NCBI GenBank assembly: GCA_022813965.1
Contig: JALDZS010000082.1
Location: 1 to 64,000, forward strand
Origin: Toensbergia leucococca
Taxonomy: Eukaryota
Direction: 5' to 3'
Length of the DNA stretch: 64,000 nt
Below, piece by piece: positions 49,413 to 62,696 of the stretch; within the stretch, counting starts at the first letter, position 1, and each line of letters opens with the position of its first letter. Made by a program: the position numbers and the translations under genes. The notes under the pieces were generated by a model. It saw nothing but the letters and a program-made list of their open reading frames with translations. It did no database searches and had not been told where the DNA came from.

Positions 49413-50510
49413 TTATGCAGTATCCATCTTATCCCCATCCCCTTCCCCTTCCTCCGTGTCCTTTTTTTTGTCCTCCTCCACTTCTGGGCCACCTGAACTT
49501 GTGCTCGCTTCACCTTCTTGATTAAGCAATGGCTGCACCTCTGCGCCCTCCTCCAGTATGCCTTCCAAAGGCGCCTCCTTCGCAGCATCCTCCTTTGCTT
49601 TGGCTGCTTCCTTCTCCTGCCTCGCTTTCTCCTCCTCCATACTCATCCTCAGTGCGAGTGCAAGCTCTGGGTCTGTACTTGGGTCTACATCGCCGAATCC
49701 GCCAGTTCCGGAATCGCCGCCTCCATCAACGCCGTTCTCCCCTCCTCTTGGCGCTATACCGTCGCCGCTTAGTATGGGTGTTGACACAAGGTGATCGCTG
49801 AGAAGACTAGGTCCTGGCGGTATTATGGCAATATGTGAACCATCCCCACCCTTGACATTCTCATTGAAGATCTCTAGCTTCTTTGTGTTTTCGGGATCTA
49901 ATTCACCAAAGACGATGAAGTCGATGGAGATGTTGTTCTTCTTCATTCTCTTGGCAAGCTTTACGAGGCTCTTCTCATCTTCTTCTATTGTGGAGCAGGT
50001 GAAAACGATTATACGTTGACGCTGTGCCTTGTTCTGGCGATGCTTGAGGGCAAGCTTGGGAAGGAGTTTTGATTAATATATGGAACGTACAGCACATGCT
50101 AGAAAGCGTACGACTTACCCCTGCTATCTGTATGCCCGTTGCAAGATGTGTGCTGCCTCTTATCTTCGTCCTATGTATGCCATCCAGTATCTTGCCAAAG
50201 TCCGTTGTCAAGGTCACTAATACTTCTGGCCCCTTGCCTCCCATGCTCATAAGCCCGACCGACGATTCAGGGTTTACTTGAGTCTTGACCGAAAAGATAA
50301 GGTTGACGGCGTCGGACTGTGCTTCCCATCTTGACGGGCTATGAAGGAGACGTTAGATTCTGGTTCTTCAAGTATAAGGACCGGACCTACACATAGTCAC
50401 CGTTTCTACTACTCTCACTGTTATCCACCCTGTACAAAAAGCGGCATCAGCCCAAGCTTCCAGGAAATAGCTCTTGTGGCTTACACGATCATGGTTGCCT
50501 CGAGCACCAT
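49413..50510 (-). CDS. RPN10: 26S proteasome ubiquitin receptor Rpn10 (vWA + UIM)
   Basis: MVLEATMIV|VDNSESSRNGDY, NPESSVGLMSMGG, LALKHRQNKAQRQRIIVF and UIM DPELALALRMSMEE. Confidence 0.96.
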
Positions 50511-50840
50511 CTTGGCGATACCTAGGCTTTATCGATGCTTGTAGAGGGGTTATCAGTAAAGATTTCAAGGATTTCTTCGATGAGATATTCCAGAATTGTA
50601 GAGAGCCGGTAAGGTTGCTCGATACTACACCCAATATCGTGTTAGAGGTCTTGCTTTGAGCTGTCCAATGCCTCCAGCGCCAAGACATGCGGCTCTTCCC
50701 GCCCTGATCCCTGTTTGTTTACAACTCCCTCTATTCTACCCGTCAACCTCATGTCGTCAATCACCAATCCCAAACACAAATACAAAGTACTGAACAGCTT
50801 TGTCTATACATTATTGCCTGCAGAAAAAACTCAACGAGAT

Positions 50841-52089
50841 ATGGCCCCTATCCGTCCCAAAAAGCGCAAATCAGATCCCACCATCACAAACCCACAACCC
50901 ACCAACTCGCCCTCCAGAACCCCCATCCGCAGTCCCTCCAAACGAGCCCCAACAATCACCCTTTCCCAAAAACAAGCCCTAATTGACAACCTCCAGCTCG
51001 AAGGTTCATCCCTTCCCTCTCAAATAACACAACACAAACTGAAAGTTTCTCCAAACCACAGTGACCGAACGCGCCCGCAAACTCCGCGCCCAATACGCTC
51101 TTCAAGCCCAAAGCCTTCGAACCCGCATCGAGCTACGCGTCAACCGCATCCCGACCTCCCTCCGCAAAGCAATCATGGGCGAACTCTTACAAAAATACCT
51201 TGAGAATCCAAAGCCAGGTCCGAAAAGCATACCCGTGGATTCAAAGCCCGCAAAAACGACTGCTGCGGACAAGCCGACTTTTGAAAAGCCAGTCGCCGCG
51301 ATCGCGGAAGCGTCTCAGGACACAAGTCCTCTACGCACGAGGGGGACTAAACGAAAGAGGTAAGTTCTCTAGTTGTCCCGGACCACTAAAATCCTCACCT
51401 ACTAAGTAAGCCTCCCCGCCATCAGCTCCGACCTCGAAGCCCCCGACAAAGAAAACATTCACCCCATCGACGCCCTTCCCAACCCCAAAAAGCGCACCAA
51501 AGCCACAACAACAACAGCAGTAGCAACCAAACCTCACCTCCCCCCACAACCAACCCCCCTCTCCCCCAAATCCCTCAACTCGCGCACCCTTCCCCACTCT
51601 CCCGTCCACCCCTCCCCTACCAGACCCACCTCCCCCCTGAAACCCTCCTACAACCTCTCCCCCCAAAAGCCTACCTCTCCCATCAAACCAGCTCTCCCCG
51701 CACCCCAAGTCCCCACGACCTCTCCCCTCAAACCCACCCTCCCCACCACAACTACTACAAAGGCCGCAAAACAAACTCGCAGCCGCGCGCCCGCAGCCCG
51801 GAAACCCACCGCAGCCAGCACAATCGCAGCCAAGCCCACAACAACAGTCACGCGCCCAAAGCGCGGTGCCGCAGCCACGAAGCAGGACAAGACTGCCCCT
51901 CAAGAGCAGGTGGGAATGCGTGTAGCGAGTAACATCAGTGTTGCGTCTGGGACATCGACGGCAACGACGTTGGTGAAGAAGGGACCGGGGGCAGGGACCA
52001 AAGGGGCTGCAAAGAAGAATGTAGGTGTTGCCCCCACGGTGGCGGCGAGTGCAACGGTGGGGAGGAGAGTGCTTAGGAAGAGGGGCTGA
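50841..52089 (+). CDS. Borealin/Nbl1 N-terminal-domain protein (chromosomal passenger complex)
   Basis: QKQALIDNLQLE|VTERARKLRAQYALQAQSLRTRIELRVNRIP, followed by an S/P/T/K-rich tail with KEN (DKENI) that ends GRRVLRKRG*. Two introns. Confidence 0.85.
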
Positions 52090-52813
52090 GGGATATTGGG
52101 CGATGCCGATGTGGGAATTTAGCCTGTTTTTCCGCGTTGGGGGATTGGTTACTACGGGCGTGATGCGGAGAAATGGCAGTTCTTTTTGTTTTGTTTTTGG
52201 AAATGTAGTCTTCATGGTTATTCTTAGCCGTTTTAGGTAGCGAAGGATGCCATGCCCCAGTCTGCTCAACCAAGAAAATCATCCTCAATGTCGTTCTAGA
52301 CACTTGGACATGAAAGCACCACTCATACCAGCCCACTGTAACCACTCCTCCTAATTCTGTACAAAAAAAATGAGAAGAATCACCCGCTATGCCCTAGCTA
52401 AGTACATCAGCGACGACAAAGTCCATCAACCAAAAAAAGAGGAAGACAGAAGGAAGTAATCCACCATTTCTTCGCTCACAAGTCAAAAGTCCCCGATACA
52501 ATCAAGCAACTGACAGCCACAGAACCCCCAAAAATAACGCCTTGAAAGCGAGGCACATAGGCATCCACGACTCCAAAAACCCAAGCCCCTAGCGCTAGTA
52601 GCCAACCAAAACAAACGAAAAAGCGCCCAAGAGATTGTGGTATCATAATTTTGGGTTTTGCAAAGCATTGCAAGAGAGGATGAAGGCTATTGTACAAGTG
52701 GAGAAGAGAAGGAAAAGGGTAAAGAAAAGAATCGGTAGCAGATGTGAGGGGAATGGCGTTACATGGGTCGTTTGCTGTACACGGCCCTTTTTTTCAATTC
52801 GAGTATCGAGGAT

Positions 52814-55800
52814 TCAATTTGGCGATGGCGACGAAGGCGCCGTCTGTAGCAGCTGGCTGTCTGGCGAAATGACCGGAGGCCGAGGCGTAGCATCCATATC
52901 AATGTCTTTGACGGCCGTCCCTGCGGCTTCTTTTGGGAAAAGCTCCGGCGGTGTGAGAGAAGTGTGGTGGGTAGGAGGATCGGCTCTTTGCTCGGCATAG
53001 GATATCATTGACGGGAAGCCGATTTCTTTCCTCAAAGCTTCTTCGGTAGCAGAATTCATGCTGCCTCGGCTATCTGTTCTCATCATCTCGGTACCAAGCT
53101 TGGATTTTGAGCCGTGGCGTTTGCCCTGCGGGCTTCGTGACCGAACGCGCATATCACCTAGCTCTTCGTCCTCGTCGTCGCCAGACTCAGCACCTCCTTG
53201 GCTGTTCTTTTCGATGAAGTCGCGCTTCGCTTTAATAGCTTCGATGGACTGTTGCCTCCTAGGAGTAGGTAAATCCATGACTGTAGGCGCCGAGTTCTGG
53301 TGTATCAGATGTGGTAGCCCGGGATGAATAAATGCTTTTGAGCTAATTGGCTCTTCAGTAATGCCCAACGCATTCGCTGACCAGTCATCTGTCTGCCTAC
53401 TGATAATGACAGGAATTTCTTCCGAATTCATTGGTTCAGCATCGCCAAAGAAGCTAGAGCTTATTGAATCTTCCCGACTTGACCCTCTGTAAGAGCTCCC
53501 CATCATATTAGCAAATTGGCCAGAAGATTGAGAGCTCGGACTATCTTCCGTGCGACGAGACTCTTGCCGAAGGCCTGAAGGTATAGTCTGCACTTGCTGG
53601 GGATTGTAGCCGGGTGGTGGAGGCTTCCACTGACAGAGATGACTTAAAGCTTCAGTGAGCTTGGCCAACGTTGGTGGTTTCTCGATCAGCGAATCGAAAT
53701 GATGAGTCTGTGGGAGTTCCTTCAGATACCCGGTAACTGCAATAATAGGTGTATGCGTATTAGCATTCTTAGTGTCCCTAATCATCCGAGCAACATCGGC
53801 ACCATTGATCTGAGGAAGCTTGTATTCGGTCATGATGATATCGAATTGAACTTCACTCATTGCATATCTGGCAGCCTCTGGACCATTGACAACAGTGATC
53901 GTACGACACCGGAGCTTCTCCAGTAGCCGTTCCATGACTAACCTTGAAACGGGGTGATCCTCGCAAATCAGGACGTCCAGGGGACGAAATGTCGGTCCAT
54001 CTCCGATTGCAAACTGCGACATCCTTCTCGAACTCTGCCTTCTTCTCTGTACACGAAGAAGAGCTTTGGCGCGAGGATCTTCGTTATCGGATGATGAAGG
54101 AGAAATGTCAAAAACCTGGCTTCTTCTTTTGTGATGACGAAAAGGTTTATTGGGAGAAGGATTGTCTCCCTCCTGGGATCCAACAGTTTGCGACCTCGGT
54201 CGGGTTGGAACTATACTACCAGTGCGTGGTAGTACTATGCCTTTGTCGGGTGACGATACTTGCATGTTCGCCGGCACTCGAACAGTCTTGATAGGGGATG
54301 GTGCAGCTGACGTAGTTGAGACACTGGTCGGTAGACGCGGGACATCGAAGAAATTCCCTGGTTGTAACGAATTGCTTGACTGGTGTGATAGTGTCGAAGA
54401 TGTGCTAGACGTTTTTCGCCGCTCATGATTCTGACCCGCAGAGAATGACACGAGGAGTGGAGAAGATGGCTGGGATGCTCGACTTGGCGACGAGTTTGCT
54501 TGACTTAGGCTCGACGGCGATCCTGGCCTGTTGTTCCCTTTATTCGCTGATAGCGTCCGTTTCAGGGGCATAGGCAGAAGAGGGCTTCCTTCAAGAGACG
54601 GTGCTGGGGATGCATTACCAGAGGAAGTGACAGGCGCCGAATTCTTGTTTTGTGACTGCATAGCTTCAGCCCGTAGCTTCTGAATGACATCCTTATTAGC
54701 TTTTTCGAGGATAGGCAAGTTTTTGAAGGCAAAATTGCCAAAATCATCAGCCACCACAGGTTCACTCAGCCTTCTGCTACGGCCATCGCGAACGTGGGCA
54801 GGGATATGGAGTGGCATGAGGCCGCGCTTCATAGAATTAACCTGAGTTCGAACACGTGAAAGAGCATCATGCGGTCTTTCTGGATAATCTGCGCCTGGCG
54901 TCACCATTGGAGACGATGCCTGGTCCTCCAATTCTTCCGAAAAAGTCTGCAGTGTAGCACCTCTAGCATCAAAATATTCTGTGTCCTCCGGGTTTTCAGG
55001 AGCTGGGACAAATTGCGCCTCATCCTCATGTAATGTTTCCCAATTGATGCCGTGAAACCAGGCGTGTTTTCGTATCTCCTCGCCCCCAGACGAGTGCTTT
55101 TCCTCCATGTTGGCACCAATTCGCTCCTTTGGATCGACTGTCATTAAACGTTTCATGAGGTCCTTGGCCTCTTCCGAAACTTGGTTTTCCTCCTCGTCTG
55201 GCCAGTCAATCTTTAATGCTAGAATGTTCTCAAAAACTTTTTCTGGGGTGTCTCCATGGAATGGCGGATAGCCGAAGAGGAATTCAAAGAGAATGCAACC
55301 CATAGACCACCAATCACTCATCTCATCTTGGCCAAAACCATTGACCGTTTCTGGAGCAAGATAGTCAGGCGTCCCCACAAACCTCCGGTTTTGATCTTCG
55401 GGATCGAAAAGCGCCATAGGGGGAGGTAACATACCAGACTGCGGCGCACTTGGGTGACTGGTAGTTAATTGAAGGGCATATGGATCTGGGGATTCACCTC
55501 CCTGGCTTTGAGTCTCTTCTTCGATCGGAGCTCCTCGCGATGAAGGCTCGTCGTACAGCGAGAAATTCCTAAACATTGTGTGGAATGAATCACTACTTCC
55601 ACTATCACTGCGATAGCCCGATGCCCTTCTTGAGTGTTCACGACCAAGGCTATGATCTCGGTTGAGGCTAAAGTAGGATGGCTGTCCAAGTTGACTAGCA
55701 ACATCTGGTGTTATGATTGGTGTCAGGTTTGGAGAGTGGTTCCCTTGAAAATCAAAAGATGCTGATCGTGAAGACGACATTGATGGCGCACGTGTGAAAG

Positions 55801-58553
55801 GACCTTGCTTGAACAAATCCGGCGTGGCTTCATTTGGACTCTTAAGCAACCTCTTTTGTCGTCCAATGAGTCCCATTCGTGAAAGCCCAAAATCAGTCAG
55901 TTTCAAATGACCTTTTTGGTCTATCAAAAAGTTGTCCGGCTTTAAGTCCCGATGGACGATGCCTCGACTATGGAGGTGCTCTATTCCTTTTACCACTTCC
56001 GCAAGGTACTTCTTCGCCCAGTCTTCAGGCAAGCATCCGAGGACTTTGACCAGAGAAGCGCAGTCGCCTCCATTGAGATACTCCATTACGAGGTAGAGGT
56101 AGTCCTTGCTTGAGAACGTCCAGTATAGCTTCGCCACGAAATCACTCTCTCCCTGCCACATCATGATAGCCCTCTCCGCTTTAACGTTCGTCACTTGGTT
56201 TTTTGCCACCATGTCTGCTTTTTTCAGCACCTTGATGGCAAAATAGTCTCCGGTGGATTTCTTCTTTGACAAGTAGACACTACCAAATGCCCCTTTGCTG
56301 ATGGGCTTGATGATCTCAAAATCTTTGATCGAGGGTGCAATAGCCCGGGCTTGAGGATGATTTGAAGTCTTCAATCTCGGAGAGGTTGGAGGCTTTGTCA
56401 TTTCTGCAGAGGATGTTGCTGAAGATTGACGCCGATGATGGTGCCGCGAGGAAATTGCAGGGGAAGAGAGCTCCGCCTGCGATAATATCGGCGATGTGAC
56501 TGGCGAAAGCAACAACTCAGGGCCACTTGGTACTCGTGGCCTTGACATTCTTAACGGCGAGGATGGCGGGACGTTCTTCCCAGGAGACTGTTGGCGACGT
56601 GGGGAAGGCATACCTAGCTTGATGCTTTTCCGTTTCCGTTCACGTGAGCTGGCCGATCTGCCCAACAATCGTTCTGAGCCTGGGGAATCTGTTCGTGCGC
56701 CGCCAGAGAATACAGAAGCAGGCAAACTGCTATCACTGTCTCCAGGCTCACTTTCCAGGTGCTTCGAGGAGTGCTTGCCCGCTGATTGCGATCGTCCAAG
56801 GATTGCAATGGCGTGTGTATGTGATCGTGGGGTGGGACATTCCATGGGACTGTTTGATCTTGTAGATGGTGCTGCAGAAGATTGCCTTCGTTCTAAACTT
56901 GTTAGGGATGGGTCTGAAGCATTCCGCAAGGCATTCGCCATCGCTGAAGGACCATCATACGAGCCAGCGAAGAAGTTTTCAGAATGAGGCGCTGGCGTGC
57001 CTGCCTCATCGTCTTCTTCCTCTTCTTCATCTCCATCGGTAGAATCACTAAGCTGCCCAGCTGCGACACTTGTTGCCTTTCGTAATGCAGCATCGATACA
57101 ATCTTGGACAAGCGTACTGAACTCGACACGAATACGTTCCGAGTACTCAATTATACGTCGATGTCGTAGGACAGCCTCTACTTTGGCTTGCGCTGTATTT
57201 TCAGTGTCTGCACTTAGTGCAGCAAGTCCTTGTTCTTGTTCCATGGTATTCGCACTCGGTGTCTGCCACCCGAGGACTTGAGAAATCCTCGACTCTGATT
57301 GGGGTGATTGTGTCCTAAATTCTCCATCAATCTGAGGTCTATTGCTACTAATGGCTGGTGTATTGATTTCCAAAGCTGTGTCACAAAGGTCGAGAATCAG
57401 CTCTACAATTCTGGAAAGCGGACGGCGCACAGCAAAAGATCTTGCACGAGTGTGACCCGAACCGGTCCTCGAGGGCTCTCGAGAACGAGATAACGTTGCT
57501 GGAGATGCTCGACCTGAATTTGGGACGGAGTTCGAGCCTGATGATGGTTCTGAGCTTGGACCAATTGGCAGGCCTTTGTATTCTGGCTGGGGAGCCAATG
57601 GTCCAGCCGTTTCGCTCGAAGTAGCCCGACCTTTACGTGCCTCCAGTGCGTCCAGAACCTTTACTATAGCACTACGATGATCCGAAAGTGCTTCCTGTGC
57701 AAGCTGAACTTCCATTTCTGCCCGATGTTCTTGGAGACAGACTTCGGAATGCTTTTCAAACCACCAGGGTGTTATCTGGCGTTCACAGATTCGGCACAAA
57801 ATGGGAAGAGGAGGTGGATGGTGTGCTGGATCATTTGCACCAACATCCGCCAACGCTGTTAGATAGTGGGCGAGCATTTCAGCTCCCACTCCGAGCGACT
57901 CGACGAGAAAGTCTGGAAGGTCAATAGTTATTTCCCTTGGCCGGGTAGACGGTCGCAGCATCCACATGGTCTGTTGACAGAATTAGTGCATCACAGGCAA
58001 GAAACGACTGTCTTTGTGCGCTTACATGACTTTCGCCACCAGAAGATCTGTCGTAGACCATAATTCCTTGTCCTTCAAGATCTAAAATATCTTCCTCGTT
58101 CGGCTTGGCTTCTTCATTGAGTATTCCAGCCTCTAACTTTCCATCTGGGCTTTCGATCTCTTGCTTGAGGACCGATAACGGCCCAATCTGGACTGAGAAG
58201 CGTAGGATCTTACTCCTAGTGTCATCTTTCTTCATGGACTCGACCACATCGGCAAAGGCGTCTTTATTACGGAGCAAAACTTCTGCAATGGGTTTGCCTT
58301 TGACATCCTCGGGCGGTGTACCAATGACATCCTTCCATGACGGGCTCACCCAGCGGACAATTCCGTCCAAGCCGAGATCGAGGATGACATTCAAGGAGTG
58401 TTCGGCTGCTTCTTTGAGGTCCTCACGTTCTTCTCGAATATCCATGCTAATTGTCCGTTCCATTTGCCCACGAAGGCCGCCTTTCCCTTGACGTAAAGCC
58501 TGGACCGCAGGCAGAGCGAGGAAGCTGTCATTGGCGTCACTGATTTCGGCCAT
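52814..58553 (-). CDS. RIM15: Rim15/Cek1 Greatwall-type Ser/Thr kinase (PAS, C2HC zinc finger, split kinase domain, receiver domain)
   Basis: PAS (LDGIVRWVSPSW), LCRICER..FEKHSEVC, KPISKGAFGSVYL, HRDLKPDN, TDFGLS, FVGTPDYLAPE and REC (VLICEDHPVSR). One intron at about 57972-58025. Confidence 0.96.
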
Positions 58554-60177
58554 GTTGCAAGATCTCGTCAGTAGGGCGGTTGAAGCCCCGAAGGGCTCGG
58601 GTTGTCCAGTGTATAGTTACTACATTAGCTACTGTTGGTGACACATGCCATGTTGGCCACGACTCTGGGAAAATTATTGATGTGGTTGTAGTGTTGTCGT
58701 GTTGGAGGGCGCCAAGGTTCCTTGTGAGACTGTATGAAAGAGGCCAAGCCCCATAGACTAGCAAATCAATACCGGGGTTTGTACATGGCTATTGTCACAG
58801 CGAGAGGACAATGATGAAGTGTATACAGCGGCACAACAGGAAGAAGAACTGCAGGAAAGTGCTGACTTGGAGGTGGAGGGGTAGCAAGTTAAAGTAGGTG
58901 CTGGTGTCCTAGGAATTTCTTTGCAAGCGAGCTAGGATGTGATTGGACAGAGTGAAAGACTAAGGTAGCCACGAATCGTTGAAATGCCGTTGATTTCGAC
59001 GAGTACCTAGCTGTACCGAGTAGAATAGCGTGAACACCTATTTACACCATCCTTCGCGTAGTCATATCTCTCTCATATCGCCGGCGAGAGGGATTTGGAC
59101 CTTCTAGAATAAGTTTCATCGGGCTCCTACAAAAAAAAAGGATCCATTCCTGGATCTTTCTTTGAGAGAGTCCGACGTCATAGAAGAAGAGTCTTTTTAT
59201 TGGATGCTTGTCTGCATTCCTTCATCAATGAGCCACTAATTTAGTCATCGCACTCATACGACGTTCCTCGATCTACCTATTCTATCAGTCTCACAGTCTC
59301 ACACAAATTTGTCAATAGCCAGTAAGCATTTTAAGTACTTACTAACTTCTAGTCCTGTCGAAGCTAGTTGTGGCCCTCCAATTCCTCGAACTTGGCGGCT
59401 CAATCGCCCGGCCTCCCCGCCACTGATGTACCTACCGAGCGTCTTAGGCTGAAACTTCCTGTCAGCTGGCTAACTAAATCTGCATGAGACTTATGACACG
59501 TTTATTTTACTCGTCCTCCGTACTCCGTACCAGCTTTAGACTATCCCATGAGCCCATCAATTGCAGACCAATGTTTGCTGATCAATTGGGGCATTGCCTA
59601 TTCCTTGAGTATTTGGCACTCCCAGAATGATGAGATTCTATATGTTGTGGAGCCGGACCTGTCAATAGACGTGTACTAGCACCAATTTTCCTCAACCATC
59701 CCACACTTTTACATTATCAATTCGGGAAAACCATCAATCATCATCCACGGTTCAATTGATCTTGGAATAGGCATTGCATCACAGTCTGAACCTTGTGAGA
59801 CTTTAAAGACAATTAAGCCGTCGTGTGCCTGATACCATTTCTTTCACTCGTTTGGTCTTCCATTATGCTTGGGGGTTCTAATGATTTTTTTCTAAACAAG
59901 TCGACAACCTTCTTTTTGATAGCGCAGATCATGAAGTCCAACATAACAGTGTGAGGTTGTTGATCTCTGGACACTCAAGCCTTCCAACTTCCATATAAGC
60001 AGATTATCAAGCGAGTGACCAAACATGAAAAACCACATCTGTTATATGATTTCCTTATGTATATTCACTTCTTCTCCAGCTCGTTCTTCTCCTTACTTGC
60101 ATTCGAACCTTCCGAGCTCAATGGACTAACACCCATTGGCTGGTCCATTGTCATTCTGTTTGCAATATCGCGCCAAC

Positions 60178-61321
60178 ATGTATTCTCTCTCTGCAATTGC
60201 CTTTTGCCTTTTTAGTATGCCTGCTGTACTAGCTTTCCCAAGTATTCGCCGTTCCAACGCCAATTCCTCCAGCCCCGGCACTAAAGGATTAAATGATTAC
60301 GCCAAGGCCATTGGAAAAACGTACTTTGGCACAGCTTCTAACATTCCTGGGGCCGAGACTAGCGACTCTGCTTACATGACCATCTTAAATGACAATGGCC
60401 AATTTGGCCAGCTTACTCCTACCTACTCCATGAAGGTACTAAACCGCTCCCTTTAAGAAAGAGATGCACAGTAACAACCCGCCGCAGTACTCATTCACCG
60501 AGCCCTCAAGGAACATCTTCACCTACACAGACGGCGACGCCATCCTAACCATTGCCAAAGGAAACAGCCAGCTCGTCCGCTGTCACAATCTGGTCTGGTA
60601 TGACTCCCTCCCCTCCTGGCTCACCTCCCAAACCTGGGACAACGCAACCCTCATCTCCATCATGACCAACCACATCAAAACCGTCGTCACTCACTGGGGC
60701 TCCGGCTGCTACGCCTGGGACGTCGTGAATGAAGCCCTCTCCGATGACGGCACCTACCGCCCCTCTCTCTGGTACAACACCATCGGCCCCGCCTACATTC
60801 CCATCGCCTTCGCCGCCGCGGCCGCTGCCGCCCCTGCAAACGTAAAACTCTACTACAACGACTACAATGTCGAGTTCCCCGGCACCAAAGCCAGCGCCGC
60901 CCAAAAAATCATCTCGGAGCTCAAAGCCCGAGGCATCCGCATCGACGGCATAGGCCTCCAATCCCACTTTGTCGCCGGCCAAACCCCGAGCCAAGCCAGC
61001 CAGGAGCAAAACATGGCCGCCTTTGCAGCCCTAGGCGTTGACGTCGCCATCACGGAGCTGGACATCCGGATCCCCTTGCCTGCCACGAGCGCCTCGGAGG
61101 CACAGCAGAAGACAGATTTTGAAAGCACAGTGGGTGCGTGTGTCAAAACGCAGCGGTGTGTCGGCGTCACCCTGTGGGACTTTGACGACAAGTACTCTTG
61201 GCTAGTGAATGGGGAGCCGGGATACGGGAACGGGGATCCGTGGGATGCGAACTTGCAGAAGAAGAGTGCGTATGACGGAATTGTGGCTGCTTTAAGTGGG
61301 ACGAATTCTACGGCTTCATGA
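60178..61321 (+). CDS. Secreted GH10 endo-1,4-beta-xylanase, no CBM1
   Basis: Signal peptide [19 protein letters not shown]. Motifs: [22 protein letters not shown] (acid/base), LYYNDYN, GIGLQSH and VAITELD (nucleophile). Intron at about 60436-60488. Confidence 0.93.
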
Positions 61322-62696
61322 TTTCGTGTGGTGATGGTGAGGTTGGTAGAAAGGGGTAGAAGCTTACAGCGTACGTTTTGTGACTTTTTCATACACTGCT
61401 TTTCTATTTCGCACATGTTTCGTTGGTGATCTATTTCCTTGAGCAAATACCCACCTGTTTTATTCACTCTTCTGGTTTGTTTGCGGATACGGTGGTTTGT
61501 ACGATTTTTGAGTGAAATTTTTGAAAAGCGGGATATTTAATCCCTTTTACATCGTTCCATCTACGAGTACATACCGAGATCAAAGTAAACAGCATACATT
61601 TTTCCGTCCCGTATGATATATTGATATGTTGATATGTTGACTTTGAATATTCAAAACACCACCGACTTACTAAGATGATCGATGGCTTGACAAACTCATT
61701 CGTTTAGGTAGCTTCCAATTTGATGGGATACCGATCTAAGATACTATCATCCAGCTTTGACCAAAGGACAAATTTTATTTTAAAACACGGATTTCTCCAC
61801 CTTACTACCCTGAGTTACTTACCTACTTTATTCACACGAGGACTCGTCTCGGGCACGCATTCCCCTCCCCCTCTCCCCATCCTCACTCTCATCCCCACTC
61901 TCAACAACCTCCACACCATCCCCTCCCACCATCCCCCCAAAAAACCACCTCCATCCCTCCGTCCCAACCACCACCACCACCACCCTCACCCTCAGTACCC
62001 CACCCTCGCGCCCACTAGCACAAAATCTCCAATCCACCCAGCTCAAACATCCCTCCCTCCCACCCACCAACGATCAAAGGGAGAAAAAAAAAGCCCGATT
62101 TGATGCTCCAGCATGCGGATCTTGTGCTGATCTCTTCTTAATCTAGATTCATAGTTTTCTGATCTCGATTTTTTTTTGTTTTTTTTTTCTTTTTTCTTTT
62201 TCGCTCGGTTGATCTGTTGGTGATATCATGTGTGTTAAGAGGTTTGAGTCAGAGGTGAAGAGTTGTGGGTTGAGTTTTTGGGGGGGAGGTATGGGCCTGC
62301 TTTTGAGGAGATGGTGCTGGTGTTTTTATTGACCTGTGATAGTATTGGTTTGGAAAGATGTGGGGTTTTGATTGGCTTTTTGGATGATGGACGGGTTGTG
62401 AGATTCCCTTGGTGTTTTTATGATACTAGGGTAGAGGGTGGTGAGAGGTGATGTTTGGCGTATTGGTAAGTACGTACCTTGGTAATTGGATTAGAATTAG
62501 GGGAAGAGACATAGATAGATTGCCAAATGGACGCATTTCAGCACAATTAAAGTATGTTACTAGCTAGCCAGATGCCACAGCCAAGCTATTCTATCACTCC
62601 CTTTTAAAACACGGAACAGCTCCCCACTTCCCACAACAGAGCTGCAAAGCATGCTCCCGCACTCCCACCTCTTTCAAATCTCCATACTCAAACGTC

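Noticed and set aside
51331..52269. Antisense ORFs over real genes (also 8012-8659, 36346-36948, 37415-38386, 60545-61009, 10309-10797)
   Set aside because: Shadows of GC-rich or skewed coding sequence on the opposite strand.
58600..62690. RiPP precursor (KR-delimited repeats) near the UstYa gene
   Set aside because: No repeat-containing secreted ORF is visible on either strand.
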